Shown here one piece after another: positions 23,564 to 36,906 of a stretch of 64,000 nucleotides of DNA. The stretch is from contig OX597821.1 of assembly GCA_951406725.2 (NCBI GenBank), positions 16,802,001-16,866,000 on the forward strand. Reading direction: 5' to 3'. The notes beneath the pieces were generated by a model. The model saw only the letters and a program-made list of their open reading frames with translations. It was not told the origin of the DNA and made no database searches. How positions within the stretch are numbered: the stretch's first letter is position 1; the number at the start of each line of letters is the position of its first letter. The translations under genes and the position numbers were made by a program. The stretch comes from Octopus vulgaris (taxonomy: Eukaryota).

Positions 23564-26500
23564 ATGGCTTCGCTTAACCTTGGTTGTTTAAATGTGCGTG
23601 GTCTGAGTTCGAAGTGGAAGCAGGCTTGTTTCCTCGACGACCTTAGATCTCATGATATACATGTGATGGTCGCTACAGAGACCAAGCTGGACAGCCTATA
23701 AACCTTCTCGCCTCTCCTGAATGGCTACGAGAAAATCATGTCTCCTGGCCAGACCGGAGGGCGAGGGGGCGTAGTGGTACTGATCCGTAAAGACTTGGCT
23801 CTACAGACAAGTACAGTCTATGTAGACCCAGAAGGTGGGCTGGTCGTCCTTGATGTGACATACAGCAGTAAGGCCTTCAGGTTGATCGGACTCTATGCAC
23901 CTTGTGCTAGAGGTTTCCAAACTGATTTTTATCGGCGCCTAGAGGGCTTTCTCGTGACGTCGAAGACTTTAGTGATATTAGGGGACTTTAATGCTATCGT
24001 TGACGTACACATCGATAGCGTTGGCTCGATCTATAGGAAAGTGAACTCACGTCTCGTGGATCTGCTTAAGCGGTTTCAGCTGGCAGATCGTTACAGACTT
24101 GACCATCCGAATGTCCCAGAGTGGACCTGGATGAGTGGCGACGGAAGGTTCAAGTCTTATCTAGACAGGATAGTGATAAGAACTAGAGATAAGTCTAGTT
24201 TTAGTTGTCCACAGCTCGTCCAGGTGCCCTATACTGACCATAGAATGGTCACGTGTAGACTGGACATAGATAGCACACTTAAGCTAGGAACCGGCTACTG
24301 GAAGCTGAACAAGTCTACTTTGACACCCGAGGCATACCGTAGCCGGATTAAGGTGTTAGTGCAGAGGGCGTTAACCGGAGCCGTGGTTAATAACCGGTGG
24401 TGGTTCGCCCTCAAAAGAGCCATTCGATTCGAGTCCATTAGATTTAGTAAACAACTAAGACTAGATAGGGCTAGAATAGAAGGGCAACTAGTTAAGAACT
24501 TAGAGGAGGCGTTGAGGTTGGGCTCTGCATCTCACATTTTAGCGGCGAGAACGGCATTAGACCGTCACCTCAAAACCAAACATGAGGGATGTAGAGTCCG
24601 GGCTAAAGTACGAGCATTGGGCCGTGAGGGAATTAATGTTGCCGGATGGGCCCGTACGATAGAAACACAGCGTGGAAACGATGCCACAATTGGGTCTCTT
24701 GTTGATGAAAACGGATGCACGATCAAGAAGCGGAACGAGATGTGTGAGGCACTTCACAAGCACTTCGCCGAGTTGTTCGGGAGGTGCGGGACGCTGGATC
24801 ATGGTGAGGCCCTTAGGGACTTCCTGTCTGTTGGCCCGCGCCTCTCGACACGAGAGGCTGAGTGCTGTGAAGGGCCAATCACAGCCGAGGAAGTAATCGA
24901 GGTGTTGGGCAAGTGCCCCGGGGAGAAGTCGCCGGGTCTCGATGATCTGCCCTATGAATTTTATAGAAGTATGCCAGACTTGTTCGGGCACCTGCTGGCT
25001 AGCGTCTACGCCAACTGGCAGCAGAATGGGAGAATTCCCAAGTCTGCGAGCCGGGGGGCGGTGACGTTGATCAGGAAGGACCCGAACAAGGAGGACGAGA
25101 TAGGGAACTTCAGGCCCATAACTCTGTTAAACACAGAGTTAAAGATTCTGGCCAAGGTGCTAGCAAAAAGGTTGGCGCGGGTCGTGGACAAACTTGTCGG
25201 GGAAGCGCAAACGTGCGCTATCCCCGGCAGAAAGATCCATGACAATCTCCACCTTATACGCTACTCCTTAGAGAGGGTGGGGAAGCTTTCTGGCACAGGG
25301 GGAGCACTGGTACATTTAGACCAGTCCAAAGCGTTTGATAGGGTCGACCATCGGTACCTGGCGGCGGTCCTCGGAGAGGCTGGCCTAGGCCCGACCTTTC
25401 GAGGTTGGATCGCTCCTTTGTATAGCGACATCGAGTCTGTAGTCAAGGTGAACGGTTCCTTTTCGAAGCCGTTCAGGATCGAGCGTTCAGTTCGTCAAGG
25501 GTGTCCCCTGTCCTCGCTCCTATACGTATTGGCTCTTGAGCCTTTGCTGCGGAAGTTGGAGGCACTAGGGGGCGCGCCGCATGATCTATGGTGTGGAAGA
25601 GGAGCTACGGCGTATGCGGATGACACCTCCATCATCGTGGCAGACGAAGGCCAGCTCCCAGTGGTGGAAGAGGCCATCAAAATCTACGAGGCGGTGGCAG
25701 GAGCAAAGCTTAACAAGGACAAGTCGGTCGGTTTGCAACTCGGCACCTGGAGGGGCAAGCCGATGCCGTCCAATAACGTCGTAGGGCGTTGAACGGAAGG
25801 TCCTGTTAAGCTGCTCGGAGTCTGGTTCGGGTCAGACCTCCAGATTGAGAAAAATTGGAGTGAGGTGGCCAACAAGGTGACCGCTCTAACCCAGACCTGG
25901 TCTGGGCGGGCGTTATCCCTGCTAGGGAAGGCGGAGGTGGTGCAGATGTTTATAGCATCAGTAATCACCTACCGTCTGACCGTGGTGCCTTGCCCCGATT
26001 TGTGGCTGAACAAGTTGGAGAGAATCCTTTTCCGATTTTTGTGGAAAGGAGGAAAGCCACTTGTAAAGCGCTCTGTCTGCTGCCAGAAACCGCTAAAGGG
26101 TGGGCTAGGGATGCCTTGGCTGAGGATGCGAAAACTCGCGTTAAGGTTGAGGCATCTCTGGCTTTACCTGGATGGAGAGCAGGTGTGGTCACCGCACGTC
26201 CGGTTCTACCTTCCCCAGTTAACATCCCTAACGGACATCGGTGCATGGATCAAGCGGAGACCTAAACTGAGTGAATGGCATTTGGAGTGCCGTCAGGCGC
26301 TCCAGCTACTATCTCGGGTGGGCAACGCCGGCAACAGGAGTTCCACCACGGATTTCTATAGCGGGTTAGTGGAGATTAAGTCCGAAGACGCCTTGGGGAG
26401 ACCCTGGGCTACGATGAAAATCAGTTGATCAACCTGTTCCGGAGGACGTTCGGGCCGGGGTTTCTGGATAATTACCAGAAATCCCTGGCCTGGCAGTGTT

Positions 26501-26964
26501 TCCGTGCGGCTTTACCTGTTCGCGACAAGCTGTCAAGGCACGGTAGTGCCGTCTCGCCGACATGCCCGCGATGTGAGCAGGATATGGAGACCGTCTTGCA
26601 CGCATTCGTGGTGTGTCCGGAGTTATCGGGACTGATAGCTTTTGTTGAACAACTGTTATCAGTGATGGGAAGAGTACAGCTATCAGCTGAGTCTATCATC
26701 GAGATTGTGCCGCCCCCTTTCCTTAACAGGGAAAGAAAGGCTTGTTTTTTCTGTGTAGTAGCCATACTGAAAGAAACAGTATGGAAGACGCGTACGAAAG
26801 GTATAGTGACAGGCACCTTTGTCTCCGGCCAGGGGTTGATTAACTTTTTTAGTTACCACCTCAGTAGCAAAATCAGGCTGGAGAAGAGGTGTCTGTCACG
26901 AGATATGTTTGTGAAAAGATGGAAGCCTGTGGCATGGAAGATGGGTATGTTTGGCACCAGGTAA
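23564..26964 (+). pseudogene. LINE ORF2: APE endonuclease, reverse transcriptase, C-terminal zinc finger; disrupted
   Basis: Starts MASLNLGCLNVRGL; motifs LGDFN, LDRI, TDH, GYWKLN, KSPGLD, NFRPITLLN, KAFDRV, VRQGCPLS, YADD, CPRC..H..C; stops at 23699 and 25790, frameshift near 26400-26425. Confidence 0.93.
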
Positions 26965-27192
26965 GTGTGACCGGATCAGAAAGTAAAGGTTCTACCCGGA
27001 TGGCTGGGTGTCCGTCCTTCGACATGATCATTAATATTTTTAAACATTGCCTTCGTAAAATTCATAGTTTATAATCTTATCCGTAATTTCATTCGAAAAT
27101 TGTAACTGTGTTAAGCTACTTCACCCTTTATATTTGTCTGTCCTTGTTAGTCCCCTCTTTGTAAATGCCTAAATGGCAAATTATATGAAATA

Positions 27193-27510
27193 AAGTAGCT
27201 TGTTTACCAACCACATGGTCCTGGGTTCAGTCCCACTGCGTGGCACCTTGGGCAAGTGTCTTCTACTATAGCCTCGGGCCGACCAAAGCCTTGTGAGTGG
27301 ATTTGGTAGACGGAAACTGAAAGAAGCCCGTCGTATATGTATGTATGTGTGTTTGTGTGTCTGTGTTTGTCCCCCTAAAAAGAGACCGATAGAATAAGTA
27401 CTGGGCTTACAAAGAATAAGTCCCGCGGTCGAGTTGCTCGGTTAAAGGCGGTGCTCCAGCATGGCCGCAGTCAAATGACTGAAACAAGTAAAAGAGAAAA
27501 GAGAAAGAGA
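27193..27510 (+). mobile_element. 3' remainder of the interrupted SINE family A
   Basis: Resumes AAGTAGCTTGTTTACCAACCACATGG, B box, to the tail AAGTAAAAGAGAAAAGAG. Confidence 0.9.
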
Positions 27511-28006
27511 AATTGGCCGAAAGACCAATATATATTTCGCTAGGTCGGAGGAAATTTCAATAAGCACCTACACATATTGTAAACCCCGACAGTTTAACAA
27601 CTATATCATTATCCAGATACACATGGAACATTCACTAACGTATTAGCCCGCATGAGCTATACTGGAATATTATTAGGAAAGCCATACGTTATTTTGATTG
27701 CAACAATCTCTGTAACTCTTACACAGAAGAAAACCATTTATAGTTTATTTGCCTCTGAACTGCTGCTCAACAAATATCCAACTCGTTTTCTCTTCCCGAA
27801 TATTATGACAATCTATTTTCAATAAACAGTTGATTTTACTCCGTAAGTCCCGATCAAAGAGAATAAGCATAAGTAGAAGCGAGAGCATACTATATAGTTA
27901 TCTTGAAGCTAAATTTTCACAGAATATATTGAAACATGGAGAGATAAAATAATTTAGATCCCAATAAACAAGATAAATTCGAAGATGCATTTTGGATACT
28001 TCTTTT

Positions 28007-28369
28007 CACTCCGTCGGTTACGACGACGAGGGTTCCGGTTGATCCGATCAACGGAACAGCCTGCTCGTGAAATTAACGTGTAAGTGGCTGAGCACTCCAC
28101 AGACACGCAGTTCTCGGGGATATTCAGCGTGACACAGAGAGTGATAAGGCCGGCCCTTTGAAATACAGGTACAACAGAAACAGGAAGTAAGAGTGAGAGA
28201 AAGTTGTGCTAAAAGAGTACAGCAGGGATCACCATCATCCCCTGCCGGAGCATCGTGGAGCTTTAGGTGTTTTCGCTCAATAAACACACACAACGCCCGG
28301 TCTGGGAATCGAAACCACGATCCTACGACCGCGAGTCCGCTGCCCTAACCACTGGGCCATTGCGCCTCC
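28007..28369 (-). mobile_element. SINE family B
   Basis: Near-identical to 371-745 with a small deletion; possible TSD attttgga(t/c)ac. Confidence 0.9.
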
Positions 28370-28971
28370 CCTATTTTGGACACCAAAATCATTGAAATAG
28401 AAGATAGAAAATTAAAAAGATATGCAGCAGGCATGTCACAGAAAACCAACAAAAAATACACATTAACAAACTAACGTTAGTAACATATAACATATAGCAG
28501 AATAAGAAAAAACAGATCAAACGTTAACAGACTCTTGAATCGGAAAATCAGAATGAAACAACGTATATGAAAATGTGGATGTAAGCGAAGAGGAGAAAGA
28601 TTCACGATTGCAACATTCAGAATATACAAGTACTGACTATGACAATAACTTGAAGGTGGAAGTAAGAAATAAGGTCAACGAATTTTATCCCAAAAATATA
28701 TGACTAACGATAAAACTGTAGCAACAAAAGAATGTGAAAAACAGGTGCAAACATCAACAATCTGTGGGTAAACCGAGTAACATCCAGAATAATCACATAG
28801 GAGAGTGGAGACTTCCTCGAAACTACTTAGAATATAAGATTATTTAAAGAAAATCACAGCGGAACAAAAGTCCCAATGAGAAAGAAAACCCACAAATTCA
28901 GTTAAATGTTGAATACAAGATCTATCTTTTTTCTCTGAACCTTTAATGAAATGAGGAAAATGATACAAATG

Positions 28972-29010
<39 letters not shown>

Positions 29011-29474
29011 GGAGTCGCAAATACTAGAGAAGTACAAGAGATGAAATATAATATCCGAAATCAAAGGACGCCGAAAGGAAGAGACACCCTCTAAGTCGCA
29101 AATAATAAACCGTTATAGAAAGCGACAGTGACTCCTTAAACAAAGCAAACACTTCAACTCGCGAACAAACTGATTTTACTGAATACCAGGTAAAAACTAA
29201 AGAGATGTCAATACTGCGCCAAAAACAATTGAAGCTTAAGGAGGAGGCAATAACACCATAAGCATTAGCTCAGACGATATGAAAAATATTAACGACTTGA
29301 AAGCGCTTGGAAGTAACAAAGATCTAAATTGTTGATTTAAATATTTAACAGAAACATAAAACCGTTTGTAAAACGTTTTATTACTACACTTATAAATTTA
29401 GAACAACACCATCATAATTCTCAGCTAACTCCAAAGCTTAGAAACCTATAACTTCGTTCCCCCGTGGAATTTTT

Positions 29475-29780
29475 ATTTATGTACCCTTTTCAAGCCTAGA
29501 CAGGTTCATGGGCCCGGTTTCCCAGTTTCTATGGCGTATGGGTTCCCGCCAGCTGGACGGGACGCCAGTCCATCACAGCGTTTCTCAAGAAACTGAAAGA
29601 AAGAATGAGAGAAAGTTGGGGCGAAAGAGTACAACAGGGGTCGCCACCACCCCTGCCAGCGTGTCGTGGAGCTTTATGCGTTTTCGCTCAATAAACACAA
29701 AACGCCCGGTCTGGGAATCGAAACAGCGAGCCTCCGACCGCGAGTCCACTGCCCTAACCACTGGGCCATTGCGCCTCCAC
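29475..29780 (-). mobile_element. chimeric SINE: family B head plus family C tail
   Basis: 29600-29780 matches the B head; 29475-29580 matches the reverse complement of 3785-3885. Confidence 0.8.
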
Positions 29781-29829
29781 TCCCCCCTCCACCGTAGAAT
29801 ATAAAGATTTAATTATAATTATGTTAGTT

Positions 29830-30035
29830 ATAAATGTTGGCACAAGCCCAGTAATTCCGCGGGAAGGGTAAGTCGAATACATCAAACTCAGTTTTCAAGT
29901 GGCACATATTTTATCAACCCGAAAGAATGAAAAGCAATGTCTACCTCGGTGGCATTTTAACTCAAAACGTAAAGATGGACGAAATGCTGTTAAGCACTTT
30001 GCCCGGTCTATTAATGACTACCAGCTCGCCGTCTT
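29830..30035 (-). mobile_element. SINE family D, degenerate
   Basis: Minus strand GGCGAGCTGG..TGCTTAAC..GAGTTAAAATGCCACCGAGGTAGAC matches family D. Confidence 0.7.
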
Positions 30036-30075
30036 TTAACTATAATAATATTAGTTTCAAATTTTCGCATAAGGC

Positions 30076-30482
30076 CATCATCATCATCATTGTTCGACCG
30101 TGGTCGAGACAATGGAATTTACCAGGCTACGCCAGACTTCACGGTCCATCATGGCATTACGGAGGTCCTGTTGCTGGATGCCTGTATCCCTGGAGATTAC
30201 ATCAGGGTAGGAGAGTTTGCGCCCTCTGGTACTGCGAGTAGATGGCTTCCAGAGGATAAGAGTAGAAATTACTTCTTTTTCAGCTCTACAACAATGTCCA
30301 GCAAACTGGACTCTCCTACCTTTCACAAGAGATGACACAGGTGGTAGTTTCCCATATATTTGCATTTTGGTTGGATGACGCTTCCACGAGAGATTTTGAG
30401 CTCTCATAAGGAGGCGGGTGTAGGTTCCATCCAACCGCCTCTCAATCTTCTTTGATAACGTCCAGGTTTCTGAGCATAAGGC
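30076..30482 (-). mobile_element. RTE-type LINE 3' fragment
   Basis: ORF SETWTLSKKIERRLDGTYTRLLM..RRVQFAGHCCR..AMMDREVWR typical of RTE C-termini, ending directly in a (TGA)n tail. Confidence 0.85.
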
Positions 30483-30648
30483 CAACAAATTCAGGAGAAG
30501 TAGTAAGTCGATTACATCGAACCCCAGTGCTCAAATAGTACATGTTTTATCGACTTCGGCTGAGACTGAACTCAGAACATGAAGATGGATGAAATACCGC
30601 TAAATATTTTGTCTGGCGTGCTAACTATTTAGCCGGTTAGCCGCCTTT
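30483..30648 (-). mobile_element. SINE family D, degenerate
   Basis: aagtcgattacatcgaaccccagtgc ... gaaataccgctaa ... ccgcctt. Confidence 0.7.
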
Positions 30649-31250
30649 TGATTATAGTAATATTGTTGGTGATAGTTTCTTGCTAGCAGCAAAATCGATA
30701 TTGCAAACGTCAATGTTATTTCTTCATTCGAGAGGAAAAAGCTGAGCCACTGTTCTTTAGAAGTTACATGAAACCTCAAAAGTAGATGAGGTTAATATAC
30801 CTTTTGGACTATACCGGCAAAATGTAAGACAGAGTAGAAACTCAAGAAATCAACGTTCTTAGGCTGAGGATCAGAGTTTTAGTGTGGTGTATGTGATGAA
30901 AAACGCCACTAGATAATCGAGACTTCTATGTAGATGTAAAATAAGACAAAGGAACTACAGAGTGTACAGACTACTGTAAAAGCAGTAAAAACAAATCAGA
31001 GGTTTGAGGTGGATCGACGGCGTAGTGTGGTTCAAGCTAATAGGTTATGTGACTTCGTAAATATTATGATAGTTTGTGGAACATCAGAGACATCTCAAAT
31101 GTATATAGAATACTTTTATGTAGGTGTCATCAAAGTTATTAAGTACGTTAGCGATAGTGGTGGCAGCTGGTCAGTATTGTCTGGATTTCGGGAAAAGGTC
31201 GTTTAGGTTGTGTGGAGAATGTGTGTTTGCACAGAAATATCGTTACTAAT

Positions 31251-31319
<69 letters not shown>

Positions 31320-31324
31320 TCTAC

Positions 31325-31355
<31 letters not shown>

Positions 31356-31458
31356 ATCTTTTATTAAACTTTTAATACTTTTGATATTTTTATAATAATA
31401 AAAAAAATAATAATAAATAAATAAATTAATAAATAAAATAATATATAAATATAAAAAT

Positions 31459-31514
<56 letters not shown>

Positions 31515-31810
31515 TGTATATATATATTTAAAATTTATAAGTTTAAATTATTTAAATAATTTGTTTAAAATTTTAACTTTTATATTTTTAAATTAATTTT
31601 ATGTATTGGGTTATGTTTTTCACTGTTTGATTTGCCTAATTGTGGTTTTATCTCTAATTTAATATAATATAATATAATATAATATATTTATACTATAAAA
31701 TTGGATTTCATCTTAAATCTAATTTTTCCCTGTAAGTTTGGATTTATTCCCTAATATTACTATTATTAATTTATATATACATATATATAACTGACACTCC
31801 TTTACTTTTT

Positions 31811-31845
<35 letters not shown>

Positions 31846-33722
31846 TCCATGCCTTCTATCTTTTTACACTCTAATACCTTTCTCTCTCTATCACCCTCAT
31901 CTCCCCATTCCTACTTTCAAATTATCTTGATTGACCACTAACTGGTACACTTTCCCTTACTTCTATCTCCTTGTTCTTTTTTCTTTCTTTTCTTTATTCA
32001 TCTCTTCCTGTTTTTTCTTCTCTTTTCCCCCATATTTTGCTCTTTTTTCTCTTTTCTTTATTCCTCTCTTCCTGCTTTCGATTTGACCTTACAAATCCAT
32101 TCACTACTTTTAGGTCACTTTAAATAAAACCCTTGATTCAATAGCACTGTGTACAAACTCTATACTTGGAATGACCAATTTTAGATACTATTGGAATTTA
32201 CTCACAAGTTATTGGAATCTTATATGTATACCAAACACTGCTAACTGAAAATGAAATAATATCATGAGAAACAACTGCCTAGCCGTGAAGGAAACCACTA
32301 ATTGCAAAATTATTGATTGATTGCGATGAAGTGTAAACCCGGAATACTGACTAATTTTGCAAAAATTTTTCGTTAAAAATTTGAATGAACTGACTGAAAT
32401 GACGAATGCCATATCTTAGTGTTTTTTTTTTTTTTACCTTTATTTATTCTGAGCAATACTCATCTCTACGCATAGGTTCAGAGGTGGAATTTCATTAATT
32501 CATGTATATCCATTATTTGTTGAAAGCACAAAAACTAATTCAAACCACCACTCAGATTTAACTGGTATTTTGTTAAAAGAATTACAAAAAAAATGTACTT
32601 CTATCATGGCTGACCAACCGAGATCTCTTCCGGCATCACAAGGCTGTAATAATCGTCTTCCACTAACTTCTAATTAACACTATATCACAATACACGAGCG
32701 AGCGTCCTTGAGGAATAATTACCCACTCCAAATATTAAGTGTAATATTTTATGTAATGTTGTTTCTGATCAATGCTATACTTCAGCAAGAGTAATTAGCG
32801 ATGGAAATGTTTAGAAATTATACTTCTGGGTAGAGGAGTAAGGGCTTGATATCATTTATCTTAAATATTGATTCATCAGGGTGGGTTGTGTAAGTTACGT
32901 ATTGTTCCTGATTTGTATCTAAAATCTAAGCATTGTTATCATGGCAGAAATTTAAAAACTTAAAAAATAAATTGTACGTACATCAGGAGAAAACAAGAAA
33001 CAAAATGTAATGTGATCGAAAGCAAACAGAGAGAGAGAAAAATGCAATAAATCATTAAGAATGAAATAACGGAAAAGAAAAAAAAAACAAAATTATTTTC
33101 AACATTGATGCACAAACAGCACTTACAAAATTTCAACGATACACACAAGCAAGTATAACAATGGCTTATCCGTTTATTAATGAAGAAGTGCTCTTGAATG
33201 TTTTTAAGATGTGACCAACAGTGCAAAGAAATATCATGCACAGAACAAATATATTATGCGTGATTCTTCTTTATTGATCGTGGCAGGTTTTACAAACTGT
33301 AATATGGAAGGATTTGAGAATAATGTGAAAATAGGAGAAAACTTTGTAACTTTAAAGAAACAACTACCGGTCGGAAGATAGTAAAAAGCTAACGACTCTG
33401 ACCGATTTTACAAATCGGGTTGCTTAATGTTAGTGGTTGTTGTAGAGATATCTGGAGTTTCAATTGACACTGGTATAGTGATGTAAGATGGCGATGTTTG
33501 TAGTGTTTTTCGTGTAACTGTATACTGCTGGATGTTCATTTAATAGAGGTAATATTTAAACAGTTTCTTCGTGCATCTTTCGAATTATCTTTCCCTCTAA
33601 TTATCTATTTACCAATGTTCGTCTTCTTTCTGTCGTATATATATGTACACATCTAATGATCGTTCAATCTTTCTACTTTTCTCTCTCTCTCATTCTCTCT
33701 CTCTCTCTCTCATAGATAGATT

Positions 33723-33797
<75 letters not shown>

Positions 33798-34062
33798 TGG
33801 TAGATAGATAGATACATACATACATACATACATACAAAGAGAGGTCGATATATATATATATATATATATTATATAATTAGGGCTTAGTAAAATAAAATAA
33901 ATTACTTTGCCACATACTGAACTTAATAGAAATAGCAGCCAAAAAAATTTTTTCTTAGCATTTCTACTACTTAAAGAAAATTTCTCTCAGATAATATTTA
34001 CTCCAGAAAGCTCACGAAGGTTTGGGGGTAAATACAGAAAAATATCACAAGTACATAGATCG

Positions 34063-34125
34063 TTTGAGTACGTCAACGTTTCAAGATTAGCCAAATAAAA
34101 TCAGCATTTCTTTCGTCAGCTCAAA
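34063..34125 (-). ncRNA. type I hammerhead ribozyme
   Basis: Reverse complement of the motif at 34975-35037; intact core. Confidence 0.88.
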
Positions 34126-34974
34126 ATTTCTTAATTTGGATTTGGAAACACTAAAAAGAAGGAACTTTACCTATCATCGAACTTGTCGCTTCAGATAAAC
34201 CACTCCAACTAAACTGTGTCAACAAATTCAAAATGCGCAGGCGTAAAATTCTGCACTCCCCATTCCACCCACGTGGTCTATCTAGCAAACACTATATTTT
34301 AACCGCGAGAACCAAGGCAGTATGACCGAGAGAAATGAATTATAATATCAACAATTGAGGGTAAAATTAATTAATTAATCAATTTCACCAAGTGTTCAGT
34401 ATGTAAAATAAAAATAAATTAGTAAAATAAAATAAATTACTTTGCCACATACTGAACTTAATAGAAATAGCAGCCAAAAAAAATTTTTCTTAGTATTTCT
34501 ACTACTTAAAGAAAATTTCTCTCAGATAATGTTTACTCCAGACAGCTCACGAAGGTTTGGGGGTAAATACAGAAAAATATCACAAGTACATAGATCGTTT
34601 GAGTACGTCAACGTTTCAAGATTAGCCAAATAAAATCAGCACTAAGCCCTAATTATATAATGTAATATTTTGAATTCGCCTTAAATGGTCCTTTTGAATA
34701 CTGAACACTTGGTGAAATTGATTAATTAATTAATTTTACCCTCAATTGTTGATATTATAATTCATTTCTCTCGGTCATACTGCCTTGGTTCTCGCGGTTA
34801 AAATATAGTGTTTGCTAGATAGACCACGTGGGTGGAATGGGGAGTGCAGAATTTTACGCCTGCGCATTTTGAATTTGTTGACACTGTTTAGTTGGAGTGG
34901 TTTATCTGAAGCGACAAGTTCGATGATAGGTAAAGTTCCTTCTTTTTAGTGTTTCCAAATCCAAATTAAGAAAT

Positions 34975-35037
34975 TTTGAGCTGACGAAAGAAATGCTGAT
35001 TTTATTTGGCTAATCTTGAAACGTTGACGTACTCAAA
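34975..35037 (+). ncRNA. type I hammerhead ribozyme
   Basis: TTTGAG-CTGACGA-AAGA..TCTT-GAAA-CGTTGACG-TA-CTCAAA: stem I 6 bp, stem II 4+ bp, stem III ACGT/ACGT, GUA triplet, predicted cut after 35031. Confidence 0.9.
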
Positions 35038-35320
35038 CGATCTATGTACTTGTGATATTTTTCTGTATTTACCCCCAAACCTTCGTGAGCTGTCTGGAGT
35101 AAACATTATCTGAGAGAAATTTTCTTTAAGTAGTAGAAATGCTAAGAAAAATTTTTTTTGGCTGCTATTTCTATTAAGTTCAGTATGTGACAAAGTAATT
35201 TATTTTATTTTACTAAGCCCTAATTATATAATGTAATATTTTGAATTCGCCTTAAATGGTCCTTTTACATACTGAACACTTGGTGAAATTGATTAATTAA
35301 TTAATTTTACCCTCAATTGT

Positions 35321-35367
<47 letters not shown>

Positions 35368-36224
35368 CAAATCCCTCTCTGTCAGCATATGTATGTATGT
35401 ATGTATCTATCTATCTACCTATCTATCTATATATTTACCTAAATAACTAGCCAGAAATTTATCCATCAATGTCAGTATATATAGACAGCCAAAACACCCT
35501 GAAAACCAGCAAATGAATATATGATGTTATTTCCTAAGTATAGGTAAATTATGATGAGTATGTTTCCGAATAAAGAGGACGGAATTAGGAATACTTTAAT
35601 AGAATGTACGGCCATTTTCCCTGTTTGAATTGCCGAATGGAGAGGAGATTATTAGAGTTGGCGGATGTGATTGAATTCAAACATACTCCATGCCTATTTA
35701 TTGATTTCTTGCTTGGACGAGGTGTAAATGTAATATTCACGTTGCCTTATATTAATGTGTTTATAGAAATTCTGAGAGTAGATAAATGTATGATGCACAC
35801 GAAACATGGGTCTTGTTGTAGAGTTTCATAAATCATGCTATTCTGCATAATGGCAGCTGTTTATATATACTGCTATCTTCATCGGCGTCGTTTTAAAATC
35901 CTCCATATCTAAACACTAACATCCATCTGGTTGCGGGTTGGTAAATTGCCTACCACTTATGACACGTAGTCAGTAATCAGAACTGAGACCAGCAGATATA
36001 ATGATATATCTGATGGACCTGAAAAGGATAGGGGTTTGCCTGATCTGTAACTGAAAATTTTCAGTTGAAATTTTATTGCTTTCTAGAAGCTAGCTGAGAA
36101 ATTTGATTTCACATCTAGTGAATTATTGGTAACATACACTACACACACACCGAAATAACCACTTAAGAATATATATGTATGCGTATGTACGTTCTTCTTT
36201 TTCTCTTTTTAATTTAGAATAAAA

Positions 36225-36616
36225 CTAGCAGTATCGCCCGGCGTTGCTCGGGTTTGTAAGGGAAATAACTATAAAGCATTTTTAGAGAGTTATAGCCAAA
36301 AAATAGCCAAAAATGCATTAAAAATGGAAAAAAAAATTATTGTAATTTTTTTTAAATCGTTGACTCATCGTAGACATTTTAAGTGAGTTACTTCCCTTAT
36401 ATTAAAAAAAAATGCATTAAAATGGAAAAAAATGATGGTAAATTATTTTTAAAATCGTAGACCCATCGTAGACACGCGCTAATACCTAGAAGGGCTTGAT
36501 ATGAATCACGACTATAAGATACCCGGTTTTGGTTAAACTGCACCGCAAAATGTGGGAGTAGTTAGGAATCTAAATCGGAGTAGACAGACACACAACCTTT
36601 CTTTTATATATAAAGA
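36225..36616 (-). mobile_element. non-autonomous Helitron
   Basis: Same 5' TC and 3' hairpin-CTAG termini as 15520-15914, with an internal duplication. Confidence 0.85.
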
Positions 36617-36873
36617 TTTGTCCTTATGAAGAAAAGTATCCTGTTTTAACATTCATCCTTTAAACCTTATGAAGGTCTTGCAGATTTTTCTATGCCAGAT
36701 ATCGTGATCATTTTAGCATAAATATTAAGGATTTTTCTTCTTTTTCCAGGATCCTGAGTTCAATCATAATTTGCTCCTGACGGGTTGGTATGTATTTTGT
36801 TCCTCCAATGTATCTATGTGTGTATGCATGTGTGTTTATGTGTGTGTGTATGTGTGTGTGTGTGGTGTGTGTG

Positions 36874-36906
<33 letters not shown>

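Larger units (their letters stand above)
21710..27192 (+). mobile_element. L1/Tx1-clade non-LTR retrotransposon, near full length, disabled
   Basis: 5' UTR, ORF1 with zinc knuckle, ORF2 APE-RT-CCHC, 3' AATAAA at 27189-27194; imperfect ~16-17-bp TSD 21693-21709 / 27193-27208. Confidence 0.92.
33868..35325. mobile_element. hammerhead-bearing non-autonomous PLE/retrozyme-like element, 571-nt monomer, tandem plus inverted copies
   Basis: Minus block 33868-34640 (~1.4 monomers, ~36-nt net deletion near 34409-34420) joined to plus block 34641-35325 (period 571: 34641 = 35212); (TA)n on both flanks. Confidence 0.85.

Noticed and set aside
24557-26816. Antisense and alternative-frame ORFs within LINE ORF2
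   Set aside because: Expected shadows of a GC-richer coding sequence; no motifs.
33907-35193. Three near-identical 63-aa ORFs (MPHTELNRNSS...)
   Set aside because: By-product of the repeated 571-nt monomer; non-ATG starts, antisense to the hammerhead, no recognisable motif.
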